A DNA stretch of 64,000 nt from Isoptericola halotolerans (GTDB lineage Bacteria > Actinomycetota > Actinomycetes > Actinomycetales > Cellulomonadaceae). The position numbers and the translations under genes were made by a program. Shown piece after piece: positions 1-8,203 of the stretch (position 1 is its first letter; every line of letters begins with the position of its first letter). The notes beneath the pieces were generated by a model, which searched no databases, was not told the DNA's origin, and saw only the letters and a list, made by a program, of their open reading frames with translations. Where the stretch lies: NCBI RefSeq assembly GCF_013149785.1, contig NZ_JABEZU010000003.1, positions 310,001-374,000 on the forward strand, given 5' to 3'.

Positions 1-1
1 C

Positions 2-703
2 GGCTCGGCCGACTCCGCCCCGCACGTGCGGCTCGCGCTGAAGCAGGACTGGTCCGCCGCCGAACCGGGCATCGGACTCGCTCTGCAGAGGGAGCAGTTC
101 GCGAAGTTCCGCTGGGACGCCGACGGCGGCCCGTGGCTCGTCGTGCTGAACTGCTGCGAGGGTGCCGCCCCGTCACGCGAGGGTCTGACGTCCCTGGCAC
201 GCGACCTGGTCAGCTCCGGGGTGGCGCCGGCCGTGATCGGGATGCGCGAGCCGATCACCGGTGCCGTCGCGCACGCGGTGACCCAGGGCCTGTACGGCGC
301 CCTGCGCCAGGAGCTGTCCTCGAGGACCGCTCGAGCCACCTCGACCTCCACCCCCCTGGACTGGGCGGCTCTCGCCGTCGCGGCACGGCACCGGCTCGTC
401 TCCGAGTTCAACGTCGCCCGCGGCTCGACGCTGACCACGACGCAGGCCCAGGACCAGAGCCGCGAGTGGACGCTGCCGGCCCTCTACGTGCGCTGGGAGG
501 AGTTCCAGCTCCAGGTGACCACGGGGACCTCCGAGCCGGGGGCCGAGCGTGCGTGGCGGCTGGAGGTCGCCGCGCTGCAGAGCGTGCTGACCTCGTTGCC
601 GCCCGGGCAGGGTACGGCGTTCCGGGCTGCGGCCGTCGAGCGGGTCGCGGAGCTCGCCGAGCTGCTCGGGGTCACCCCCGAAGAGCTCGCGGAGGAACCA
701 TGA
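2..703 (+). CDS. CHAT-domain (caspase-like, clan CD) protein, C-terminal part; 5' truncated by window edge
   Basis: Frame open from base 2; motifs LVVLNCCEGA (CHAT VVLxAC-type catalytic Cys), GVAPAVIGMREPI, 'GLYGAL' and terminal 'EWTLPALY' follow the CHAT domain order; the catalytic His-Gly would lie upstream of the window. Confidence 0.75.
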   Translation, partial: GSADSAPHVRLALKQDWSAAEPGIGLALQREQFAKFRWDADGGPWLVVLNCCEGAAPSREGLTSLARDLVSSGVAPAVIGMREPITGAVAHAVTQGLYGALRQELSSRTARATSTSTPLDWAALAVAARHRLVSEFNVARGSTLTTTQAQDQSREWTLPALYVRWEEFQLQVTTGTSEPGAERAWRLEVAALQSVLTSLPPGQGTAFRAAAVERVAELAELLGVTPEELAEEP

Positions 704-2142
704 GGCGCGGCCCGGCGGTCGACCCGGCCTTCCCTGTCATGACCGACGCGTGGTCCGGGACGGAGCCGGTCACCGGCACCTTCGCACCGGACCTGTCGGC
801 CTGGCTCGCCGGTGAGTTCAGCACGGCCGAACGGACGGCACGCCCAGCGCCCGCCGACCCCTGGGACTGGAGGCACCCGGACGTCGGCTGGGGCCTTGTC
901 GCCCGCCAGCCCGAGGGGGCGGGCCGCGACGAGCTCGTGGCGATGGCCGACCTCCCTGAGGACATCCGGCGCCTGGTGACGGCGCGCGGCGGCAGGGTGT
1001 TCCGGTACCAGCCCGGACGCACGTACTCGCAGTGGACGCTCGTCGACCACGAGGGCGACGCCCAGCCGTTCCTGCCGGCCGTCCCGGCCGGGACGGGGGC
1101 CGGCTCGCTCCCCGCGTTCCTGCTCGTCTACGGCAACCCGGCGCAGGTGCCCTGGAGCGTGCAGCTCATGCTCAACCCCGTGCGCCACGTCGGCCGGCTC
1201 GACCTCGAGGGCGTGGCGTTGACCCGCTACGTCGACGCCCTGCTCGGCGAGTGGAGCGAGTCAGCCGCCCGGTGGTCGGCCCCGGTCGTGTGGGCGGTGG
1301 ACCACCGGGCGGGCGAGATCACGACGCTCATGCGCGACGTCGTCGCCGCACCTCTGCACGGCGACATGCAGCAGGACGACGAGCTACGGCCCACCTTCGT
1401 CGACGGCCGGTCCACCGACGCGACGGTGGCTTCTCTCACGGACGCCCTGGCCACCGGCCGGCCCGCCGTCGTCGTCACCAGCAGCCATGGCCAGACCGGC
1501 CCGCTCGACGACCTCGCGGCCATGCGCGCCGACCTCGGCAAGCTCGTCGACCACGACCACGCGCTGCTCGACCCGCAGGAGCTGTTGCGGTCCTGGCAGC
1601 CCGACGGGGCGATCTGGTTCGCGCAGGCCTGCTGCTCCGCCGGGGCGGACGGCCGGTCGGCCTACGAAGGACTCTTCGACGGCGACCTGGCAGCGACGCT
1701 CGACGGCGTCGCACGCCTCGGCCCCGTCACCTCGCCGCTGCCGCGTGCGCTGCTCGGTGCCGACAAGCCCCTGCGGGCCTTCGTCGGACACGTCGAGCCG
1801 ACGTTCAACTGGACGCTCGAGTTCCCACCGAACGCCCAGGAGCTCACCTCCCAGCTCCGCACGGCGCTCTACGAACGACTCTTCCTGGGCCTGCCCGTGG
1901 GGTACGCCATGGAGCCCTTCTACCGGCCTGTCGGCGGGCTTCTCCAGGGGTACCACGCCGCGCGACGGGAGTACCAGAGCACCTTCGGTGCGGCTGCCGC
2001 ACCCAGCCTCGACATGATGGTGTACAGCCGGGTCACCGCGCTCGACCGTGCGAGCACGGTCATCCTGGGCGACCCCACCGTGGCGATCCCGGTGCCGCCC
2101 CCGCAGCGGCTCCCGTCGGCGCGGGCTGGTGAGCAGCGATGA
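700..2142 (+). CDS. Gingipain/caspase-fold cysteine peptidase (peptidase C25-like), 480 aa
   Basis: GGAGGA at 691-696 and ATGA overlap with upstream stop; motifs VGWGLV, LLVYGNP..VPW, VGRLDL, VVVTSSHG (His-Gly), FAQACCSAG (Cys), FVGHVE, ILGDP. Confidence 0.7.
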   Translation: MRRGPAVDPAFPVMTDAWSGTEPVTGTFAPDLSAWLAGEFSTAERTARPAPADPWDWRHPDVGWGLVARQPEGAGRDELVAMADLPEDIRRLVTARGGRVFRYQPGRTYSQWTLVDHEGDAQPFLPAVPAGTGAGSLPAFLLVYGNPAQVPWSVQLMLNPVRHVGRLDLEGVALTRYVDALLGEWSESAARWSAPVVWAVDHRAGEITTLMRDVVAAPLHGDMQQDDELRPTFVDGRSTDATVASLTDALATGRPAVVVTSSHGQTGPLDDLAAMRADLGKLVDHDHALLDPQELLRSWQPDGAIWFAQACCSAGADGRSAYEGLFDGDLAATLDGVARLGPVTSPLPRALLGADKPLRAFVGHVEPTFNWTLEFPPNAQELTSQLRTALYERLFLGLPVGYAMEPFYRPVGGLLQGYHAARREYQSTFGAAAAPSLDMMVYSRVTALDRASTVILGDPTVAIPVPPPQRLPSARAGEQR

Positions 2143-3110
2143 GCAGGATGAGGTTCGCCGGGAAGAGCTACAGCAACGGCAGCGTGCCCTCCGCCGTGCT
2201 GGCCGAGGTCCTTCCCTCCGGACGTCACGGCGTCAGCAGGACGTCGCGGGCCTATCTGCGCCGGGACGCAGCAGCGTCCTGGAACCGCGCCGTCGCCGAG
2301 GTCCGGTCCGGTACCGGCCTCGACCTGACCGTTCGCGGGTGGAACCGCTCGCTCGCGGAGCAGCGACGGTTCTTCCTCGAACGCTACCGGCCGGGAGCGC
2401 ACAGCCCTTTCGGTGACTACCGGCGGTACGGAGGATCCACCTACGGCCGGGTGCGCGGTGCGGCGGCAGCCGTCCCGGGCTACTCGAACCACGGCTGGGC
2501 CCTCGCGGTCGACGTCAACGACTTCGGCGGTGTCGGCGAGTTCGGAAACGCCCGCCGCGTCCGGGCCTTCCCGATCCTTCAGCGGCACGGATGGACGGAC
2601 ACGGAGGGCCGTCGCGTCAGGGAACCGTGGCACCTGGTCTACAGCCCGACCTCCGATGTCGGGGCTCGCCGACGTGCGCCGACCGCCCGCAGGACGCGGG
2701 CACCCCGACGGCCGCCGACGATCCGCCCGGGCTGCCCCCGGTCCTCCTGGACACGGTTGTGGAAGGAGTTCCTCACGGCGGAGGGTGACTTCGGTGGCCG
2801 CCCCGGACCGGTCTTCGGCGAGGCGCTCGCCGACGCCACCCGGCGGTGGCAACGGCGGGCCGGCCTGCACGACGACGCCGTGGTCGGCCCGCGCACCTGG
2901 TACCGGGCGGTCCAGGGGGCGCGGTACCAGGGCACGGGTGCCCGCGTGAAGATCGCTCAACGGATCGCCGGCCTGCGCGGACAGGACGTGGACGGCCGGG
3001 CGGGGCCCGTCTTCCTGAGGCGCTGGAAGCAGATCCAGCGCTGGCTGGGCGTGGTCCCGGACGCGAGCATCGGGCACAGGACGGTCGCCGCCCTCGTCCT
3101 GAAGGGCTGA
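2139..3110 (+). CDS. Zn-dependent M15 (VanY-like) peptidoglycan peptidase with C-terminal peptidoglycan-binding-like repeats
   Basis: NRSLAEQ, SNHGWALAVD (SxHxxxxAxD) and EPWH motifs; PG-binding-like segments 'ATRRWQRRAGLHDDAVVGPRTW' and 'IQRWLGVVPDASIGHRT'; ATGA overlap with upstream gene; no hydrophobic signal peptide. Confidence 0.8.
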   Translation: MSRMRFAGKSYSNGSVPSAVLAEVLPSGRHGVSRTSRAYLRRDAAASWNRAVAEVRSGTGLDLTVRGWNRSLAEQRRFFLERYRPGAHSPFGDYRRYGGSTYGRVRGAAAAVPGYSNHGWALAVDVNDFGGVGEFGNARRVRAFPILQRHGWTDTEGRRVREPWHLVYSPTSDVGARRRAPTARRTRAPRRPPTIRPGCPRSSWTRLWKEFLTAEGDFGGRPGPVFGEALADATRRWQRRAGLHDDAVVGPRTWYRAVQGARYQGTGARVKIAQRIAGLRGQDVDGRAGPVFLRRWKQIQRWLGVVPDASIGHRTVAALVLKG

Positions 3111-3131
3111 GCCAGGGAGTCGCGTTGCGGC

Positions 3132-4208
3132 TCAGCCGGTCAGCGGGACCAGGGGTGGCACGACGCAGGTGCTGCTCACCGGGACGCGCCGCTGCTCGTC
3201 CGCGGCGCGGATCACGGACTCCATGACGTCCAGCACGTGCAGCGCCACCTCGGCCGAGGCCCGGCCGGTACGCCGGTCGGCGCTCCGGGAGACGTCCACG
3301 AGACCGAACCCACGGGCGGCACCCCGGTACCCGGCACCGTCCGGCAGCCTCGCCCAGTCTCCGCTCGTCCCTCGAACCTCAGCGGCACCGTCGAACGTGT
3401 TCGGGTCCGGCACCACCATGGATCCCTCGTCGCCGTGCACCTCGATCGGCATGGCCCGGGTAGCCGGTGCGTCGAAGCTCATGACCAGGGTGGAGACGGC
3501 GCCTGAAGCGTGCTCGGCGAGGGCGGTGACGTGCGTCGCCACCGCGACCGGGACCTGCTCGCCGGCGCGCGGGCCGCTGGCGATGGTCCGAACCTCCCGC
3601 GGCCGGCGCGCCACGGCCTGCACGGACTCGACCGGCCCGAGCAGGTGCACGAGCGCGGTGAGGTAGTACGGACCCATGTCGAAGAGCGGGCCACCACCGG
3701 GGGCGTAGTAGAAGTCGGGCTGCGGGTGCCAGAGCTCGTGGCCGGCGCACGCCATGGTCGCCGTCGCCGAGACGGGTCGGCCGATCGCACCCGCCTCGAC
3801 AGCGGCACGCGCCGTCTGGATCCCCGTGCCCAGGACGGTGTCCGGCGCGCTGCCGACGGCCAGTCCGGCCTCGGCGGCTGCCTCGAGGACCTGGCGCGCC
3901 TCAGCCGTCGTGGCGCACAGCGGCTTCTCGTTGTAGACGGAGAAGCCGTTCTCGAGCGCCGTCAGGGCGACCTCGGCGTGGGCGCCGGGCGTCGTGAGGT
4001 CGAGGACCCACTCGATCTCGTCGTCGGCCCACAGGTCGTCCAGGCTCGCCGCACGCACCCCGTGGGTCTCGGCGGCACGCCGCGCACGGGCCGGGTCCGC
4101 GTCGGCGACCGCCACGACCTCGAGGTCGGGGACCCGCCCGGCCGTCTCGAGATACGTGGAGCTGATGACGCCGCAGCCCACGACGCCGATCCTCAACGGG
4201 TCGCCCAT
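3132..4208 (-). CDS. Gfo/Idh/MocA family NAD(P)-dependent oxidoreductase
   Basis: Rossmann IGVVGCGVIS, NEKP, GGGPLFDMGPYY motifs; start overlaps the end of the ThuA gene. Confidence 0.92.
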   Translation of the reverse strand: MGDPLRIGVVGCGVISSTYLETAGRVPDLEVVAVADADPARARRAAETHGVRAASLDDLWADDEIEWVLDLTTPGAHAEVALTALENGFSVYNEKPLCATTAEARQVLEAAAEAGLAVGSAPDTVLGTGIQTARAAVEAGAIGRPVSATATMACAGHELWHPQPDFYYAPGGGPLFDMGPYYLTALVHLLGPVESVQAVARRPREVRTIASGPRAGEQVPVAVATHVTALAEHASGAVSTLVMSFDAPATRAMPIEVHGDEGSMVVPDPNTFDGAAEVRGTSGDWARLPDGAGYRGAARGFGLVDVSRSADRRTGRASAEVALHVLDVMESVIRAADEQRRVPVSSTCVVPPLVPLTG

Positions 4209-4879
4209 GCCATGCCCCTCTCGATGATCGTCCGCACGGACGGGTGGGAGACCGTCTCGACGTCGTGCCCGGGCGTGACCACGCAGACGCGCCCCTGGCC
4301 CCACGTGCGCGTCCAGACCGCGGGGCGGACCAGGGGGCGTGACCACGGCTCCCAGGAGGGCGCGGGCACGGTGGTGGTGGCGAGCACGTCGCACAGGTCG
4401 TCGGTCAGGACCCAGTACTGCTCGGTCGTCAGCTCGAAGGAGTCGAGGCCGGCGACGACGGGGTGGTCCGCCGCGCCGGGCAGGATGTCGATCGTGTGCG
4501 GGACGTAGTTGTCGGCCGCCTCACCGACCCGCTCGTCCGGGTGCTTGCCGGGGTGCGCGGCGAACTGCCCACCGACGAGCTGGAGGTACTCCGCGTTGCT
4601 GCGGAACGAGTCGGCGATCCCTCCGTGCCAGCCGACCAGACCGGTGCCGGCGGCGACGGCCCGGCGAAGGCCTGCGACGGCGTCGCCGGAGATCTCCCCC
4701 ATCGTGAAGCACTGCACCACGAGGTCGACGTCGGACATCCGGTCCTGGGCGTACACCTCCGGCGTGTCCTCCACCCGGACGGTGTGGCCCGCGGCCTCCA
4801 GGCCGGGGATGAACAGGTCCGTGGTGGCGACGGGCGCATGGCCGTCCCATCCGCCACGGACGACGAGCACCTGTCCCAC
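4193..4879 (-). CDS. ThuA-like domain protein
   Basis: VVRGGWDGH, GLVGWHGG, GGQFAAHP, EQYW, WGQGRV...PGH; AGGAGG RBS before GTG at 4879. Confidence 0.85.
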   Translation of the reverse strand: MGQVLVVRGGWDGHAPVATTDLFIPGLEAAGHTVRVEDTPEVYAQDRMSDVDLVVQCFTMGEISGDAVAGLRRAVAAGTGLVGWHGGIADSFRSNAEYLQLVGGQFAAHPGKHPDERVGEAADNYVPHTIDILPGAADHPVVAGLDSFELTTEQYWVLTDDLCDVLATTTVPAPSWEPWSRPLVRPAVWTRTWGQGRVCVVTPGHDVETVSHPSVRTIIERGMAWATR

Positions 4880-4905
4880 GTGCGCCTCCTTGAGCGAGTC
4901 GTGAT

Positions 4906-4961
4906 GCCGAGAGATCGATCTCTCGGCGGTCAGGCTAGCCTTCCGCGCCGTCGGGCAGCAA
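4906..4961 (-). promoter_or_regulatory. Promoter of thuA-gfo (TTGCTG-N18-TAGCCT) followed by perfect 22-bp palindrome GCCGAGAGATCGATCTCTCGGC (probable LacI operator)
   Basis: Palindrome 4906-4927 with central CG just downstream of the -10 (4932-4937); adjacent LacI gene. Confidence 0.7.
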
Positions 4962-4980
4962 CCCGCCACCCGCCGTGCGT

Positions 4981-5997
4981 TCAGACCGACCGTCGCCGCG
5001 TGACCGACGTCGGGAGGAACTCTTGCCGTGGTGGAGAGCCCGGCGCGCCGAGCATCTCCAGCACGAGCCCGGCGGCGCGCTCCCCCATCTCTCGCAGCGG
5101 CTGGCGCACGGTGGTCAGCGGCGGAGAGGCCGACTCGGCCACCACCGTGTCGTCGAAACCGACCACGGAGACGTCGTGCGCCACCCGCAGCCCGGTGTCG
5201 TGCAGCACCCGCATCGCACCGAGGGCCATGAGGTCGGAGCCCGCGAAGAGCCCGTCGAGGTCCGGTCGCCGGGCCATGACGTCCCTCGCCGCCACGGATC
5301 CTGACTCCAACGAGAAGTCACCACCCACCACGAGTGCCGGCCGGATCTCTCGGTCCTCCAGCTCGTCCTGGAAGCCCCGGAGGCGGTCGTCGGACGGTGC
5401 GTAGCCGGCCGGCCCCGTGATCGTCGCCAGCCGGCGTCGCCCGGCCTCGAGCAGGACGCGGGCAGCCTGCCGACCACCGCCGTAGTTGTCGCAGTCGACG
5501 ACGCTGAGCCCGGCGTCCATCGCCGTCGTCGGCCGTCCCACGAAGACCATCGGCAGATCGAGCTCGGCCAGCTCGCGGAACAGGGGGAGGGACTCGCGCT
5601 GCAGGACGACGACGGCGGCGTCGACGTGGCCGGCGCTCAGGTAGCGCACCAGCGGCTGCCGGTCACGCTCGTCGTCCAGGAGGAGCACGGGCTGCAGCGA
5701 GCGCCCGAAGAGCACCGACGACGCTCCGCGCAAGGGGGCGCCCACGAAGGGCCCGCTGCCTCCGTCCAGCTCGCTGCTCGGGGCCACGAGCGCGACCGAG
5801 CCTGTCGACCCGCTCCGCAGCGCGCGCGCCGCCGTGTTCGTCCGGTAGCCCAGCGCCTCCGCCGACTCCAGCACCCGCCGAGCGAGGTCAGGGCGGACGG
5901 TCTCGGCACCGGCGAGCACGCGCGACGCCGTCGCGCGGGAGACATCGGCGGCACGGGCGACGTCCAGGAGCGTGGGGCGGAGGCGCTGCGTCGTCAC
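4981..5997 (-). CDS. LacI family transcriptional regulator
   Basis: PTLLDVARAADVSRATASRVL HTH, YRTNTAARAL hinge, VSVVGFDD, PPLTTVRQP. Confidence 0.95.
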   Translation of the reverse strand: MTTQRLRPTLLDVARAADVSRATASRVLAGAETVRPDLARRVLESAEALGYRTNTAARALRSGSTGSVALVAPSSELDGGSGPFVGAPLRGASSVLFGRSLQPVLLLDDERDRQPLVRYLSAGHVDAAVVVLQRESLPLFRELAELDLPMVFVGRPTTAMDAGLSVVDCDNYGGGRQAARVLLEAGRRRLATITGPAGYAPSDDRLRGFQDELEDREIRPALVVGGDFSLESGSVAARDVMARRPDLDGLFAGSDLMALGAMRVLHDTGLRVAHDVSVVGFDDTVVAESASPPLTTVRQPLREMGERAAGLVLEMLGAPGSPPRQEFLPTSVTRRRSV

Positions 5998-6056
5998 CCG
6001 AGCATCGTCCCACCACCGCGCGGTTCATCCCGCCGCGGTAGGGCAGGATATGCCCC

Positions 6057-6878
6057 GTGCACCTTCATCACGACGAGAACGCGGCGAGCCAGGCCGCCGC
6101 GGCTCCCACCGGGGACCGCGCGACGCGCAAGGTGCGCGCGGTCGCGGCACAGCACCGCGCGGCGCTCGGCAACCTGCGCCATGTCGAGGCGGCCACGCCG
6201 AACGCGCCCGCCTGGGCCACGACGGCGGCCCTCGTGCTGCTCTTCAGCGTCGGACCGCTGCTCGGCAACGCCTCGGTGGCCGAGGCTCTGTGGCTCCTGC
6301 CGGTGTGGGTGGCCATCGCAGGCCTGGTGCTGTGGTTCCTCGGCTCGGAGAAGCTGCTCGTCCTCGACCGGGGCGTCGTCGTCGGCTCCTTCGCACCGTT
6401 CCTGCGCCCGTTCGTCGTGCCGTTCTCCTGCGTCGAGGCCACCAGTGTCCGCGCCGTCGTCGGCAGCACCCGCGCGATCGGGGCGCTCCTGGCGGACCGT
6501 GGTGTCTCCCGGTCGAGCCGCACCGTGCTGTGGTCGCGGCGGGCGGTGACGTTCGTCGGTCCGTCGACGGTCGCCGCCCGACGCTTCGCCGAAGCCCCCC
6601 TCGACGCCCCGACATCACAGGACGTCGGCGCCGACCTGTGGGTGTTCTCCGCACGCTCCGCCCGCCGTCAGGAGACCGTCGTCCGCGCCCTGGCCGCCGC
6701 GCTGGACGATGCGCACGTGGCCGACGTCGAGCAGGTCCTGGCGCACGCGCTGCCCGCCCGGCGCCTGACCGCCACGCCCGCGGGCGCCGATCATCTGCGC
6801 CTCCCCGAGCGCTGGCGATCGGCCGCGGCCCGGCACACCAGGACCGGACCGCACGCGACCGACGGCCGCCCCCGGTAG
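6057..6878 (+). CDS. Hypothetical membrane protein (two N-terminal TM segments plus soluble domain)
   Basis: Hydrophobic segments WATTAALVLLFSVG and LWLLPVWVAIAGLVLWFL; GC3-rich frame; start uncertain. Confidence 0.6.
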   Translation: MHLHHDENAASQAAAAPTGDRATRKVRAVAAQHRAALGNLRHVEAATPNAPAWATTAALVLLFSVGPLLGNASVAEALWLLPVWVAIAGLVLWFLGSEKLLVLDRGVVVGSFAPFLRPFVVPFSCVEATSVRAVVGSTRAIGALLADRGVSRSSRTVLWSRRAVTFVGPSTVAARRFAEAPLDAPTSQDVGADLWVFSARSARRQETVVRALAAALDDAHVADVEQVLAHALPARRLTATPAGADHLRLPERWRSAAARHTRTGPHATDGRPR

Positions 6879-7001
6879 CCCGGCGACTCCGCGCCGTCCA
6901 CCATCGACCCAGGAGTGATCGTGAAGCCCGCACGTGCCGATGCCCGTGGCCGCCGTCCACGACGGAGCCGCCGCGCCGTCCACCCCGCTGGGCAGGACGC
7001 G

Positions 7002-7295
7002 ATGGACCCACCGACGCCGCTGTCCCACGAGGAACGTCGCTACCAGGAGCTCTTGCGCACCGCCCCGGCCAAGACGCGGTGGGTGCTCCTGATGGCGGTG
7101 CTCTGCCTCGGGTTCTCGATCGTCACGCTCGCGGCCCTTCTCGGCGGCTACTACGACGGCCAGGTCAACCACGCCCGCTGGTACGGGGTGGTGCTGCTTC
7201 TCGTGGCCGGTGCGTACTTCCTGTGGGGATGGAGCAAGATGCGCCACGGTCCTGTCCCGCCCGCACGCACCGACCCGTTGGGCAGGGAACGGTGA
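7002..7295 (+). CDS. Small two-TM membrane protein, paralog A (97 aa)
   Basis: AGGA RBS then ATG 7002; two hydrophobic helices; near-identical to downstream gene. Confidence 0.7.
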   Translation: MDPPTPLSHEERRYQELLRTAPAKTRWVLLMAVLCLGFSIVTLAALLGGYYDGQVNHARWYGVVLLLVAGAYFLWGWSKMRHGPVPPARTDPLGRER

Positions 7296-7553
7296 ACCCA
7301 CCGACGCCGCCGTCCGACGAGGAACGTCGCTACCAGGAGCTCTTGCGCACCGCCCCGGCCAAGACGCGGTGGGTGCTCCTGATGGCGGTGATCTGCCTCG
7401 CGTCCTCGGTCGGGCTGCTCGCGGCCTTGCTCGGCGGCTACTACGACGGCCAGGTCAACCACGCCCGCTGGTTCGGGGTCGTGCTGAACCTCGCTGCCGG
7501 CGTGTTCTTCCTCTGGGGATGGAGCAAGATGCGCCACGGACCCGTCCCGCCCG
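7006..7553 (+). repeat. Tandem direct duplication, period 290 bp
   Basis: ~7006-7263 aligns without gaps to ~7296-7553; 7027-7100 identical to 7317-7390. Confidence 0.95.
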
Positions 7554-7573
7554 GAGGCCGTCCTCGACGGTAG
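7292..7573 (+). CDS. Small two-TM membrane protein, paralog B (93 aa)
   Basis: GTGA overlap with paralog A stop; same sequence family; followed by hairpin. Confidence 0.7.
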   Translation: MNPPTPPSDEERRYQELLRTAPAKTRWVLLMAVICLASSVGLLAALLGGYYDGQVNHARWFGVVLNLAAGVFFLWGWSKMRHGPVPPGGRPRR

Positions 7574-7574
7574 A

Positions 7575-7615
7575 CGAACGGCCCGCATCGAAGGGTGTTC
7601 GATGCGGGCCGTTCG
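7575..7615. terminator. 18-bp perfect stem-loop, probable bidirectional terminator
   Basis: CGAACGGCCCGCATCGAA-gggtg-TTCGATGCGGGCCGTTCG between convergent paralog B and tRNA-Pro. Confidence 0.75.
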
Positions 7616-7651
7616 GCCTGCTGACCTGGGCTTCGAGCCCTGGTCACACTG

Positions 7652-7725
<74 letters not shown>

Positions 7726-8111
7726 TCCGGCCCGCTCCCTCACGCCGAGGCGTCAGGATCCAGACCGGTCCGGCCCCGGAGGGCCGACCGAAATACTACC
7801 CCAGACCGGGCGGCCTTCGTCCACCCGGTCCGACGGGTGTGGCGGGGGTCACCGAGACCGATGGCCAGCCGGTCGGAGGCGAGCCCGCCGTCGGTCCCGG
7901 TCGCGAGCGGCGAGGCGCCCGTGCCCTCGGTGAAGCGCCTGGGCAGGAGGTCGATGACCGACTTCTGCCGCAGGTCTGAGCCATGCGGCCCGGGAGTACC
8001 GGACGTCGTCGCGCAGCGCACCTGCTCGACCTCACTCATGCGGGCGCCGGCAGGCATAGCCCACCCGGGCAGGCATCCCACCCTCAGGTGGCGCGGATGC
8101 GCGCGGAGTCG

Positions 8112-8150
8112 TTGACAACCTCGACCGGCCACCCTTACTTTACCGATACA
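8112..8150 (+). promoter_or_regulatory. Near-consensus sigmaA promoter TTGACA-N18-TACTTT with overlapping LacI-type pseudo-palindrome TTTACCGATACA
   Basis: TTGACA 8112-8117, TACTTT 8136-8141, operator-like 8139-8150; AT-rich patch in GC-rich DNA. Confidence 0.65.
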
Positions 8151-8203
8151 CAGCGCCGGGCTGTGGAGCGACTCAAGGATGAGCGACTGTGACCGATCGA
8201 GAG

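Noticed and set aside
133..699. N-terminal 189 codons of ORF 133..2142
   Set aside because: Overlaps the CHAT gene in another frame and is Arg/Pro-rich low-information sequence; the RBS and ATGA overlap point to a start at 700.
5972..7291. 533-aa ORF 5972..7573 as one gene
   Set aside because: Only the last 93 codons match the paralog family; the rest is an off-frame overlap of other genes.
7740..8132. Short ORFs between tRNA-Pro and lacI
   Set aside because: No recognisable motif or consistent codon bias; the region contains promoter-like elements.
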